From Alphaproteobacteria bacterium (GTDB lineage Bacteria; Pseudomonadota; Alphaproteobacteria; Bin95): DNA of 64,000 nt. Where the stretch lies: positions 4,096,001 to 4,160,000 of the forward strand of contig CBDBGH010000003.1 in the NCBI GenBank assembly GCA_965205265.1, given 5' to 3'. Numbering within the stretch: the stretch's first letter is position 1; every line of letters starts with the position of its first letter. The notes below the pieces were generated by a model. It did no database searches. It was not told the origin of the DNA and saw only the letters and a list, made by a program, of their open reading frames with translations. Positions 28,818 through 38,576 of this stretch are shown here, one piece after another. Position numbers and translations under genes: made by a program.

Positions 28818-31487
28818 TCAGGCCGCTTCGGCCAGCATGTTGCGCAGGACGTAGGGCAGGATGCCGCCGTGGCGGAAATAGTCGAGCTCGTTCTCGGTGT
28901 CGATGCGGCAGCGGACCTCGAATTCCTGCATCGTCCCGTCCGTCCGGCGCACCCGGCAGGTGAGCGTCGAGCGCGGCTCGAGGCCGTCGGCCACGCCCAG
29001 CACATCGACCGTCTCGCTGCCGTCCAGCGCGAGCGCCTTGCGCGTCATGCCGCCGGTGAACTCCAGCGGCAGCACGCCCATGCCGATCAGGTTGGAGCGG
29101 TGGATGCGCTCGAAGCTCTCCACGATCACCGCCCGGATGCCGAGCAGGGCCGAACCCTTGGCCGCCCAGTCGCGCGAGGAGCCGGTGCCGTATTCCTTGC
29201 CGCCGAACACCACCAGCGGCACGCCTTCCTCGCGGTAGCGCATGGCGGCGTCATAGACGGACATGACCTCGCCGGAGGGCCGGTGCGTGGTAAAGCCGCC
29301 CTCGGTGCCGGGGGCGAGCTCGTTGCGGATGCGGATATTGGCGAAGGTGCCGCGCATCATCACTTCATGGTTGCCGCGCCGGGCGCCGTAGGAGTTGAAC
29401 TCCACCGGCCGCACCTGGTGGCCGATCAGGTAGTCCCCCGCCGGCCCGTCGCGCTTGATCGCGCCCGCCGGCGAGATGTGGTCGGTGGTGATGCTGTCCG
29501 CGAGCGAGAGCAGCACCTTCGCCCCTGAGATGTCCGAGACCGGCGCCGGCTCGCGCTCCATGTCCTGGAAATAGGGCGCATGGCGGACATAGGTGGAGCC
29601 GTCGTTCCAGCGGTAGGTCTCGTCCGCCGGCACGCGGATCTCGCGCCATTCCGCCGGCCCCTCGGAAACATTGCCGTAGCGCGCCCGGAACATGTCCGGC
29701 GAGAGCGCGCTCGCAAGCGTCTCGCGAATCTGTTCGTCGCCCGGCCAGATGTCGCTGAGATAGACGGGATTGCCCTCGCCGTCCTCTCCCAGCGGGTCGC
29801 GGGCGAGATCGACGGTGAGCGAGCCCGCCAGCGCATAGGCGACCACGAGCGGCGGCGAAGCGAGGTAGTTCGCCTTCACCTGGGCGTGGACGCGGCCCTC
29901 GAAATTGCGGTTGCCGGAGAGCACCGCGCCGACGGTGATGTCGCCCGTCTCGACCGCCTCGGCGATCGGCTCCGCCAGCGGGCCGGAATTGCCGATGCAG
30001 GTGGTGCATCCGTAGCCGACGAGGTTGAAGCCGAGCGCGTCCAGCGAGTCCTGCAGGCCGGCGGCCTCAAGATAGTCGGTCACCACCTGGCTGCCCGGCG
30101 CGAGCGAGGTCTTGACCCAGGGCTTGACCCTGAGGCCGCGCTCCAGCGCGTTGCGGGCCAGCAGCCCGGCGGCGACCAGCACGCTCGGGTTGGAGGTATT
30201 GGTGCAGCTCGTGATGGCGGCGATCACCACATGGCCGGGCTCGATGGAATAGTCCGCGCCCTCGACCGTCTGTGCAGCGCCGCCGCCGATCTCGGCCACG
30301 GCCCGCTCGAAGCTCGCCGGCACGCCCGACAGCGCGACCCGGTCCTGCGGGCGTTTCGGCCCGGCAAGCGCCGGCTCGACCGAGGAGAGGTCGAGCGAGA
30401 GCGTGTCGGAGAAGACGGGCGCAGCCATGCCGGCCTCGCGCCAGAGGCCCTGCGCCTTCGCATAGGCCTCGACCAGCGCCACCTGCTCCTCCTCGCGGCC
30501 GGTAAAGCGCAGATAGTTGAGCGTCTCGCCGTCCACGGGGAAGAAGCCGCAGGTGGCGCCGTATTCGGGCGCCATATTGGCGATGGTGGCCCGGTCCGCG
30601 AGCGCGAGCGCATCGAGGCCGGCCCCGTGGAACTCCACGAACTTGCCGACTACGCCCTTGGCCCTCAGCATCTCGACCACGCGCAGCACGAGGTCTGTGG
30701 CGGTCGCGCCTTCGGGCATGCGGCCGGTGAGCTCGAAGCCCACCACTTCGGGGATCAGCATGGAAATCGGCTGGCCCAGCATCGCAGCCTCCGCCTCGAT
30801 GCCGCCCACACCCCAGCCGAGCACGCCGAGCCCGTTCACCATCGTCGTGTGGCTGTCGGTGCCGACGACCGTGTCGGGCATGGCGACCGTGCGGCCTTCC
30901 TGCTCCTCGGTCCAGACCGTGCGGGCCAGATATTCCAGATTGACCTGGTGGCAGATGCCGGTGCCGGGCGGCACGACGCGGAAATTGCGGAAGGCCGACT
31001 GGCCCCAGCGCAGGAACTCGTAGCGCTCGCGGTTGCGCTCGAACTCGCGCCCGACATTGGCGTGGAAGGCGTCCGCGCTGCCGTAGGAATCCACCATGAC
31101 GGAGTGGTCGATGACGAGGTCCACGGCATTGAGCGGGTTGATCTTCTGCGGGTCGCCGCCGAGCTCGGCCATGGCGTGGCGCATGGCGGCCAGATCGACC
31201 ACGGCCGGCACGCCGGTGAAGTCCTGCATCAGCACGCGCGCCGGGCGAAACGCGATCTCGGCCCCTGCCTTGCGGTCCTTCAGCCAGGCGCCGAAGCTCG
31301 CGATGTCCTCGACGGTGACGGTGCGCCCGTCCTCGTGCCTCAGCAGGTTCTCCGCCAGAATGCGCAGCGAAACCGGCAGGCGCGAGAGGTCGCCCGCGGC
31401 CGCCTCCGCCGCTTCCAGCGCAAAGTAGTCGTATTCCCTGCCGCCGACCCGAAGGGTCCGGCGCGCGCCCAGGGTGTCGCGTCCCAT
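28818..31487 (-). CDS. acnA: Aconitate hydratase A
   Basis: QDFTGVP, DHSV, AITSCTNTSN, GYGCTTCIGNSG, GSSRDWAAKG. Confidence 0.97.
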   Translation of the reverse strand: MGRDTLGARRTLRVGGREYDYFALEAAEAAAGDLSRLPVSLRILAENLLRHEDGRTVTVEDIASFGAWLKDRKAGAEIAFRPARVLMQDFTGVPAVVDLAAMRHAMAELGGDPQKINPLNAVDLVIDHSVMVDSYGSADAFHANVGREFERNRERYEFLRWGQSAFRNFRVVPPGTGICHQVNLEYLARTVWTEEQEGRTVAMPDTVVGTDSHTTMVNGLGVLGWGVGGIEAEAAMLGQPISMLIPEVVGFELTGRMPEGATATDLVLRVVEMLRAKGVVGKFVEFHGAGLDALALADRATIANMAPEYGATCGFFPVDGETLNYLRFTGREEEQVALVEAYAKAQGLWREAGMAAPVFSDTLSLDLSSVEPALAGPKRPQDRVALSGVPASFERAVAEIGGGAAQTVEGADYSIEPGHVVIAAITSCTNTSNPSVLVAAGLLARNALERGLRVKPWVKTSLAPGSQVVTDYLEAAGLQDSLDALGFNLVGYGCTTCIGNSGPLAEPIAEAVETGDITVGAVLSGNRNFEGRVHAQVKANYLASPPLVVAYALAGSLTVDLARDPLGEDGEGNPVYLSDIWPGDEQIRETLASALSPDMFRARYGNVSEGPAEWREIRVPADETYRWNDGSTYVRHAPYFQDMEREPAPVSDISGAKVLLSLADSITTDHISPAGAIKRDGPAGDYLIGHQVRPVEFNSYGARRGNHEVMMRGTFANIRIRNELAPGTEGGFTTHRPSGEVMSVYDAAMRYREEGVPLVVFGGKEYGTGSSRDWAAKGSALLGIRAVIVESFERIHRSNLIGMGVLPLEFTGGMTRKALALDGSETVDVLGVADGLEPRSTLTCRVRRTDGTMQEFEVRCRIDTENELDYFRHGGILPYVLRNMLAEAA

Positions 31488-31735
31488 GATGCGAAAGCCT
31501 CCAGAGTCCCGAATTCCACGCAGGCCGGGGTTTACACCCGAACGGGGCGGAGGCAAAGGGTTGGGGGCAGTTCGGACGGTCTGTCGTTTCGATGATGGAC
31601 GGTCGCCGCAACAATTGCGGTCGACACGTCCGGAACCACAACCTCCGGGCGCGGCCATCCTCTCTCCGCCAGGCCCGCATTTGCGGCGAAGGCGCCGCCT
31701 TGCTATCTCCGAGGCGCATCCGGGGGAGCGAATTC

Positions 31736-32959
31736 TTGCGCATTGAAGTCATCTGCACCGGCGACGAGGTGCTGACCGGCAAGACCGTCAACACCAATTT
31801 CAGCCGCTTGAGCCGGCGCCTGACCGAACTCGGCCTGCCGGTGGTGCGCGAGACCACGGTGGGCGACGACCGGGCGGAGTTGCGCGCCGCCTTCGACGCC
31901 GCCGCCGAACGCGCGGACGCGGTGATCGTGAACGGCGGGCTCGGGCCGACGGTGGACGATCTCAGCCAGGAGGTGGCGGCGGAGGCGGCGGGCGTGGCGC
32001 TCGGACTCCGGCCCGAATGGCTCGAAAACATCCAGGACTTCTACCGCCGGCGCAACCGCGAGATGCCGCCCAACAACCGCAAGCAGGCCATGCTGCCCGA
32101 AGGCGCGGAGCTGATCGACAACCCGGTCGGCACGGCCTGCGGCTTCGCAATGGACATCGGCGGGGCACGCTTCTTCTTCACGCCGGGGGTGCCGTCCGAA
32201 CTCGACGTGATGACGGAGAACCAGTTGATCCCCCGCCTGCGCGCGATGAGCGGCATCGAGGCGGTGATGCACCTCAAGCGCTTCCATTCCTTCGGCATCG
32301 GCGAGTCCCGCGCGGACCACCTGCTGGACGGCATCGAGGCGATGGACGGCGAGGGCCGGGTCAAGCTCGGCTTCCAGTCGCACTACCCGCAATTGGAAAC
32401 GAAGCTCGCCGTCGCCGCGCCGACGACCGAGGCGGCGGCGGCGCTGCTGGAGCCCATCGTGGCGGAGGTCCGCGCGCGGCTCGGCAATTTCATTGTCGCG
32501 GAGGACGACGGCACGCTGGAAGGCGCGGTGCTGGAACGCCTGCGGGCGCTCGGCGGCACGCTGAGCACGGTCGAAACCGGCTCCCGGGGCGGCCTCGGCG
32601 CGCGACTTGGGGCGGCTGGTGAAGAGAGCGGCGTTTTCCTGCGCGCGTCCTCCGGCAACGGCATAGCGGCCGTCGCGCGGCCGCTGGGCCTGCCGGACGA
32701 CGCCTCGCCGATGGAGCTCGCCGAGGGCGTGCGCCGGGCCGACGGGGCGACGCACGGCCTTGCCGCAGCGGTCGATCCGGCGACCGGCAGGGTGCATGTT
32801 GCGCTCGCCGGGCCGGAGGGCGGCCTGGAGCGCCGCGCGCTGCTGATCGGCGGTGCGCGGCGGGCGCGTGAGGGCGGGGTGGAACTCGCGCTCGACTGCC
32901 TCAGGCGAAGCCTTGCCGGCGCGCCGGTGGACCAGAAGATCGATTTCGAGAAGGCGTGA
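31736..32959 (+). CDS. cinA: CinA-like protein (MoCF-like N-domain, degenerate C-terminal domain)
   Basis: GDEVLTG, VGDD, GGLGPTVDDLS, NPVGTACG, PGVPSE; TTG start inferred. Confidence 0.82.
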   Translation: MRIEVICTGDEVLTGKTVNTNFSRLSRRLTELGLPVVRETTVGDDRAELRAAFDAAAERADAVIVNGGLGPTVDDLSQEVAAEAAGVALGLRPEWLENIQDFYRRRNREMPPNNRKQAMLPEGAELIDNPVGTACGFAMDIGGARFFFTPGVPSELDVMTENQLIPRLRAMSGIEAVMHLKRFHSFGIGESRADHLLDGIEAMDGEGRVKLGFQSHYPQLETKLAVAAPTTEAAAALLEPIVAEVRARLGNFIVAEDDGTLEGAVLERLRALGGTLSTVETGSRGGLGARLGAAGEESGVFLRASSGNGIAAVARPLGLPDDASPMELAEGVRRADGATHGLAAAVDPATGRVHVALAGPEGGLERRALLIGGARRAREGGVELALDCLRRSLAGAPVDQKIDFEKA

Positions 32960-32992
32960 AGGCCGGCGCCGGACCCTGAGGGAGCGAAAGCC

Positions 32993-33709
32993 ATGAGCCC
33001 GGTGCTGTTTCTTCACGGCGAGCATTTCACCGCCATGGGCGGGCCGTTCCTCGAACGGCTGGGCGCGGGCCGGGACCTGCATGCACCGCTCTATCCGGGC
33101 TATGACGGGACGCCGCCGGATCCGGACTTCCGCAGCGTGGACGACCTCGCCTACCGCTATCTGGACCTGCTGGAAGAGGTGGACGCGCGCGATGCGACCG
33201 TCGTCGGCGCCTCGCTCGGCGGGTGGGTCGCGCTGGAAATGGCGGTGCGCGACCGCTCCCGCATTGCACGCATGGCGCTGCTGGCCCCGGTCGGGGTCAA
33301 GCTTTCGGGGCGCGAGGAGCGGGACTTCGCCGACCTCGTCTTCATGCCGGAGGCCGAGGCGGCGCGCGCGCTCTTCCACGACCCCGCCCGCTGGGCGCCA
33401 GACCATGCCGCGCTCGACGAGGCGGCGGTCGAAACCATCGCGCTCGAGCGCCAGTGGGCTGCCTGGTACGGCTGGAAGCCCTATATGCACAACCCCCTGC
33501 TGGCGAAATGGCTGCACCGGGCCGCCGTCCCGACGCTCCTGCTCTGGGGCGAGAGCGACGGTTTCGCCAGGCCCGAATACGGCCGCAAGCTGGCGGAACG
33601 CCTGCCCGATGCGCGCTTCGAGACCGTCGCCGCCGCCGGCCACTATCCCCATATCGAACGGGCCGATGCGACCGCCGATGCAGTCCTGGCCTTTGTGGAG
33701 AGCAAGTGA
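32993..33709 (+). CDS. Alpha/beta hydrolase
   Basis: FLHG, GASLGG, WGESD, GHYPHIE. Confidence 0.85.
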   Translation: MSPVLFLHGEHFTAMGGPFLERLGAGRDLHAPLYPGYDGTPPDPDFRSVDDLAYRYLDLLEEVDARDATVVGASLGGWVALEMAVRDRSRIARMALLAPVGVKLSGREERDFADLVFMPEAEAARALFHDPARWAPDHAALDEAAVETIALERQWAAWYGWKPYMHNPLLAKWLHRAAVPTLLLWGESDGFARPEYGRKLAERLPDARFETVAAAGHYPHIERADATADAVLAFVESK

Positions 33710-34863
33710 TGCAGGTCTGGCATTTCAGCGAGATGGCTTACCACCCGGGCTGGGAGTTCCTGAACGAAGGCCTGCGCAACGTGATCCCGAGCCGGGTCTA
33801 TGACCCGGAGATCGGCGCCGACCTCTACCACCGCTATCTCGACGAATGGGCGCTCTGCGACCGGCTCGGCCTCAACATCATGGTCAACGAGCACCATGCC
33901 ACGGCGACCTGCACCACCTCGGTCTGCACCATCCCGATGGCGATCCTGGCGCGCGAGACCGAGAAGGCCCGCCTGCTCTGCCTCGGCATGCCGATCGGCA
34001 ACCGCATGGACGCAGTACGCGTCGCCGAGGAATACGCCATGCTCGACGTCATCAGCCGCGGCCGGGTGGAGATGGGCTTCGTCAAGGGCGCGCCTTTCGA
34101 GATCAACCCCGCCAACTCCAATCCGGCTGAACTCGAGGAGCGCTTCTGGGAGGCGCATGACCTCATCGTCAAGGCGATGACGACCCATGACGGACCGTTC
34201 AACTGGGAGGGCCGGCATTACCACTACCGCGAGGTGAATGTCTGGCCGCGCCCCTGGCAGCAGCCGCATCCGCCGGTCTGGATGACGGTGGCGAGCCCCG
34301 GCTCCGCCCGGCGCGTCGCCCGCAAGGGCTATGTCATCGCGGCGCTGAACACGGGCTACATGCACACACCCGTGGTCTATGGCGCCTACCGGGAAAGCGC
34401 GGCGGAGGCGGGCTTCGAGGCCGGGCCCGACCGCTTCGCCTATCTCTGCATCGTCGGCGTCGGCGAAACCGAGGCCGAGGGCAAGCGCCGCGCCCACCAG
34501 ATCCTCGACTACAGCCGGACCACGCCGCGCGTGCAGCCCCAGTTCTTCTATCCGCCGGGCTATTCGCCGGCGGCGCGGATGGCGGGCCTGATCCGCAGCG
34601 GGTCCGAGCTTCGCATCCAGCGCCGCGACGGCTCCGACTTCCCGATGCAGGACGGCACGGTGGAGGACTTCATGGCCGCCGGCATCGCCTTCGCCGGCAC
34701 GCCGGCGCAGGTGGTGGAGCAGGTGGAGGAATTCGCCGCGGCCGTCGGCGGCTTCGAGCACCTGCTGATGATGGGGCAGGGCGGCTTCCTCGGCCACGAG
34801 GACACGGTCGCCAACCTCACGCTCTTCTCCGAGGAGGCGCTCCCGGCGATCGCCCGGCTCTGA
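33709..34863 (+). CDS. Luciferase-like (LLM) flavin-dependent monooxygenase
   Basis: NEHH, AEEYAMLDVISRGR, WPRPWQQPHPPVW; TGATG coupling to the hydrolase. Confidence 0.9.
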   Translation: MQVWHFSEMAYHPGWEFLNEGLRNVIPSRVYDPEIGADLYHRYLDEWALCDRLGLNIMVNEHHATATCTTSVCTIPMAILARETEKARLLCLGMPIGNRMDAVRVAEEYAMLDVISRGRVEMGFVKGAPFEINPANSNPAELEERFWEAHDLIVKAMTTHDGPFNWEGRHYHYREVNVWPRPWQQPHPPVWMTVASPGSARRVARKGYVIAALNTGYMHTPVVYGAYRESAAEAGFEAGPDRFAYLCIVGVGETEAEGKRRAHQILDYSRTTPRVQPQFFYPPGYSPAARMAGLIRSGSELRIQRRDGSDFPMQDGTVEDFMAAGIAFAGTPAQVVEQVEEFAAAVGGFEHLLMMGQGGFLGHEDTVANLTLFSEEALPAIARL

Positions 34864-34937
34864 TCCGCCTTGCCGCTTGCCGCACGGGGGCTGGCGGAGG
34901 ACAATCCCGGCTGCCGGGAGAGGGAGGAGACGAGGCC

Positions 34938-35897
34938 ATGTCGGTCATTCTGGGCAGCGGAGAGCACCGCTACCGGGTCGTGGAGGACTGGGCGAAGCTG
35001 CCCGACGGCTGGGAGTTCCGCGATGTCGCCGCGGTCGCGGTGGACGGCAATGACCGGGTCTATGTCTTCAATCGGGGCGAGCACCCGATGGTCGTCTTCG
35101 ACCGGGACGGCAATTTCCTGCGCTCCTGGGGCGAGGGGGAGTATCCGCGCGCCCATGGCATCCATATCGGCCCCGACGAGACGCTCTACCTCACCGATGA
35201 CGGCAGCAACACCGTCCGGCGCTGCACGCCGGAGGGCAAGGTGCTGATGGAGCTCGGCGTGCCCGGAACGCCCGCGCCCTTCATGAGCAACGAGCCCTTC
35301 CACCGCTGCACCCACACCGCGATCTCGCCGGACGGGCACCTGTTCGTTTCCGACGGCTACGGCAATGCCTGCGTCCACAAATACACGCCTGACGGCAGGC
35401 TGGTGAAAAGCTGGGGCGAGAGCGGCACCGATCCCGGGCAGTTCAATATCGTCCACAACATCACCGCCGACGATGACGGCTGGATCTATGTCGCGGACCG
35501 CGAGAACCACCGTGTCCAGGTCTTCGACACGGAGGGGCGCTACGAGGCGCAGTGGAACAATCTCCACCGGCCCTGCGGCCTCTACATGCCGCGCGGCTCC
35601 TGCCCGCACTGCTTCATCGGCGAGCTCGGGCCGGGCATGGCCGTCAACCGCCACCACCCCAATCTTGGCCCCCGGCTTTCCATCGTCACGAACGAGGGCG
35701 AGCTGGTCGCGCGGCTCGGCGGCGAGGACGGGCCGGGGCAGGAGCCCGGCAGGTTCCTGGCCCCGCACGGCCTCGCCGTGGACAGCCGGGGCGACATCTA
35801 TGTGGGCGAGGTCGCCTACACCAACTGGCCGGCCAGCTTCGGCGACGAGCCCCGGCCCCGCTGGCTGCGCACGCTGCAGAAGCTCGAAAAGCTGTGA
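34938..35897 (+). CDS. NHL-repeat beta-propeller (peptidyl-alpha-hydroxyglycine lyase-like)
   Basis: Repeated VAVD..DRVYV, FVSDGYGN, YVADRENHRVQVFD, PHGLAVDSRGDIYV. Confidence 0.85.
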   Translation: MSVILGSGEHRYRVVEDWAKLPDGWEFRDVAAVAVDGNDRVYVFNRGEHPMVVFDRDGNFLRSWGEGEYPRAHGIHIGPDETLYLTDDGSNTVRRCTPEGKVLMELGVPGTPAPFMSNEPFHRCTHTAISPDGHLFVSDGYGNACVHKYTPDGRLVKSWGESGTDPGQFNIVHNITADDDGWIYVADRENHRVQVFDTEGRYEAQWNNLHRPCGLYMPRGSCPHCFIGELGPGMAVNRHHPNLGPRLSIVTNEGELVARLGGEDGPGQEPGRFLAPHGLAVDSRGDIYVGEVAYTNWPASFGDEPRPRWLRTLQKLEKL

Positions 35898-35967
35898 GAG
35901 ACCGTTTGAGAATGGGCTATTCGCGGCCTCCGGGCGAGTTGAGCAGGGACGACAGGCGCACAAAGAT

Positions 35968-36098
35968 CGTCACCCCGGCCCCCGAGCCGGGGTCCATCCA
36001 TGGCTCTCGATGCCGCCGCGGCCGGTGGAGAGCAGGCGGGACCGCCGAGGCTGCCGGGAGGCCCGAGGCTGGACCCCGGCTCGGGGGCCGGGGTGACG
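35968..36098. repeat. REP doublet with perfect 29-bp inverted arms
   Basis: CGTCACCCCGGCCCCCGAGCCGGGGTCCA (35968-35996) and its exact reverse complement (36070-36098); same architecture as the 284-373 unit. Confidence 0.9.
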
Positions 36099-36199
36099 CA
36101 TTGGGGGGCGGACCGGGGTTTGTCCCATACATGGAAGTCGACACCGCCGGACCGAACCCTGCTCCGACGCAATTCTCAAACGAACATTGAGGCGCGTGC

Positions 36200-37117
36200 A
36201 TGGTCCCCGAACCGAAGGTCATCGAGACCCGCATCCACGCCGTCCTGCCGGACGAGCTGCGGATTACGGACCGCGAGAGCGATTTCGCCCGCGAGATCTT
36301 CCGCGGCCATGCGGTCGGCTCCTTCCTGGAGGGCCCGGCCTTCGACGGCGCCGGCAACCTCTACATGGTGGATATCGCCTTCGGGCGCATTTTCAGGCTG
36401 GCGCCGGACGGCGAGTGGTCGGTAACGGCCGAGTATGACGGCCATCCCAACGGCATGAAGCTCCACCGGGACGGGCGGCTGTTCGTCGCCGACCGGCAGA
36501 ACGGCGTGATGGTGGTCGATCCGGTAAGCGGCAAGGTCGAGACCTTTCTCGGGCCGGACCGGCTGCCCGGCTACAAGGGGCTGAACGACCTGTTCTTCGC
36601 CTCGAACGGCGACCTCTACTTCACCGACCAGGGCCGCACCGGCCTCCATGACCCGACGGGCCGCGTGTTCCGGCTTTCCGCGTCCGGCAAGCTCGACTGC
36701 CTGGTTTCCAATGCGCCGAGCCCGAACGGCCTCGTCATGAATCCGGCCGAGACGGAGCTCTATGTGGCCGTGACCCGCGACAACGCCGTCTGGCGCGTGC
36801 CCTTCCGCGAGGACGGCTCCGTGCATCGCGTGGGGCTCTTCTGCCGGCTCGTCGGCGGCATGGGGCCGGACGGCATGGCCGTGGACCGGGCCGGCAATCT
36901 CGCCGTCGCCCATGCCGGCGGCGGGCAGGTCTGGCTCTGGTCGGCGAACGGCCTGCCGACCCACCGGGCGGTCGCCTGCGACGGCGGCCTGCTCACCACC
37001 AATGTCGCCTATGGCGGCCCGGACGGGCGCACGCTGTTCATCACCAACTCGCTCAGCGAGAATGTGCTGACGGCCGAAATGCCGGAGCCGGGCGAGCCGA
37101 TGTTCGGCCTTGCCTGA
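36200..37117 (+). CDS. SMP-30/gluconolactonase family protein
   Basis: LEGPAFD, PNG, LNDL, GPDGMAVD, TTNVAYGG. Confidence 0.9.
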   Translation: MVPEPKVIETRIHAVLPDELRITDRESDFAREIFRGHAVGSFLEGPAFDGAGNLYMVDIAFGRIFRLAPDGEWSVTAEYDGHPNGMKLHRDGRLFVADRQNGVMVVDPVSGKVETFLGPDRLPGYKGLNDLFFASNGDLYFTDQGRTGLHDPTGRVFRLSASGKLDCLVSNAPSPNGLVMNPAETELYVAVTRDNAVWRVPFREDGSVHRVGLFCRLVGGMGPDGMAVDRAGNLAVAHAGGGQVWLWSANGLPTHRAVACDGGLLTTNVAYGGPDGRTLFITNSLSENVLTAEMPEPGEPMFGLA

Positions 37118-37145
37118 GCCGCCGGCGCAACGGGGAGACGGAATC

Positions 37146-37595
37146 ATGGCGGAAAAGGCGGTGCCGGTCGGCATCAACCATGTCGCGCTGGAAGTGGGCG
37201 ACATCCAGGAGGCGCTGGCGTTTTACGGCGGCTTCCTCGAGCTCGAAATCGCGCGGCAGAGCGACAAGGCCGCCTTCGTCTATTTCGGCGACCAGTTCAT
37301 CAATTTCTCGCTGGGACGCCGGCAGGGGCCGGACGACAGCCGCCATTTCGGCATCGCCGTGGACGACAAGGAGCTCGCCATCCGCCGGCTGGAGGAGATG
37401 GGCGTGGCGTTCCTCGAAGGGCCGTTCACCGACTTCCTCGACCCCTGGGGCAACCGGGTGGAGCTCACCACCTACACGAAAATCCAGTTCACCAAGGCCG
37501 GCCACGTGCTGCGCGGCATGGGCCTCGGCCATCTCGAAAAGGCGCCGGAGGCGCTGGAGGAGCTTGCCGCCAAGGGCATGGCCCCCGGCGAATGA
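37146..37595 (+). CDS. VOC/glyoxalase family protein
   Basis: GINHVALEV, HFGIAV, DPWGNRVE. Confidence 0.85.
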   Translation: MAEKAVPVGINHVALEVGDIQEALAFYGGFLELEIARQSDKAAFVYFGDQFINFSLGRRQGPDDSRHFGIAVDDKELAIRRLEEMGVAFLEGPFTDFLDPWGNRVELTTYTKIQFTKAGHVLRGMGLGHLEKAPEALEELAAKGMAPGE

Positions 37596-37623
37596 CCGCC
37601 ACCCGGCGACAGGGAGGACAGCA

Positions 37624-38556
37624 ATGAGCGGGCGCTTCGGCTTCGCGCCGGCGGAGGACCGGCCGATCCCCTATCTGGACCGTATCCGCCGCTATTACGA
37701 GACGCTGGGCTACGGCAAGCCCTATGAATGGGCGCATTATGTCGAGACGCCCTTCGTTCCGCTGGAGAAGCCGCTGGCCGAGGCGCGCATCGGGCTGATT
37801 ACGACCGCCGCGCCCTACCGGCCGGACAAGGGCGACCAGGGACCGGGCGCGCCCTACAATGCGGCGGCCAAGTTCTACAGCGTCTATTCGGGCGACAGCG
37901 CGACGGACCCGGACCTTCGCATCTCGCATATCGCCATCGACCGCGACCACACCACGGCCGAGGATATCGGGACCTGGTTCCCGCTCCGGCAACTCCGGGC
38001 GGCGGCGAAAGAGGGCCGGATCGGGGAGGTGGCGCCGCGCTTCCACGGCGCGCCCACGAACCGCAGCCACGCCGCGACCATCGAGGTGGATGCGCCGGAG
38101 CTGCTGGCGCGCTGCCGGGAGGACGGGGCGGATGCGGTCCTTCTCGCCGCCAATTGACCGGTGTGCCACCAGACCGTGAGTCTGGTCGCCCGCACACTGG
38201 AGGCCGCCGGCATCCCGACTGTCGCGATGGGCTGCGCCAAGGACATCGTGGAGCATGCGGGCGCGCCGCGTTTCCTGTTCAGCGATTTCCCGCTCGGCAA
38301 TCCGGCCGGGCGTCCGCACGACCCGGACTCGCAGCGCGAGACGCTGGCGCTGGCGCTCCGCCTGCTGGAAGGCGCGCCGGGCCCGAACACGACCCTGCAG
38401 AGCCCGCTGCGCTGGTCCGCCGATCCGTCCTGGAAGCGCGACTACTCCAATATCGACCTGGTGCCGCCGGAGGAGATCGCGCGCCGCCGCGCGGAGTTCG
38501 ACCGCATCAAGGACGTGGCGAAGTCCCGGCGCGAAGAGGATGCGGCCGCCGGCTGA
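37624..38556 (+). CDS. Putative selenoprotein, GrdB/PrdB (reductase selenoprotein B)-like, 310 aa with Sec178
   Basis: One continuous frame from ATG 37624 (RBS AGGGAGG) with a single in-frame TGA at 38155-38157 in DAVLLAAN-U-PVCHQTVSLVARTLEAAGIPTV; also PLAEARIGLITTA and FPLGNPAG; SECIS-like hairpin follows. Confidence 0.85.
38161..38197 (+). promoter_or_regulatory. Putative bacterial SECIS element
   Basis: Inner stem ACCAGAC/GTCTGGT (38168-74/38180-86), loop CGTGA starting 17 nt after the UGA, outer stem GTGTGC/GCACAC. Confidence 0.75.
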
Positions 38557-38576
38557 CCGGGCTATACCCACGAGCA

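Noticed and set aside
37180-38556. Two separate ORFs (37180-38157, 38161-38556) or a nonsense pseudogene
   Set aside because: Same frame, TGA falls in a UxxC motif, a SECIS-like hairpin follows and the second part has no RBS. The 37180 extension overlaps the VOC gene.
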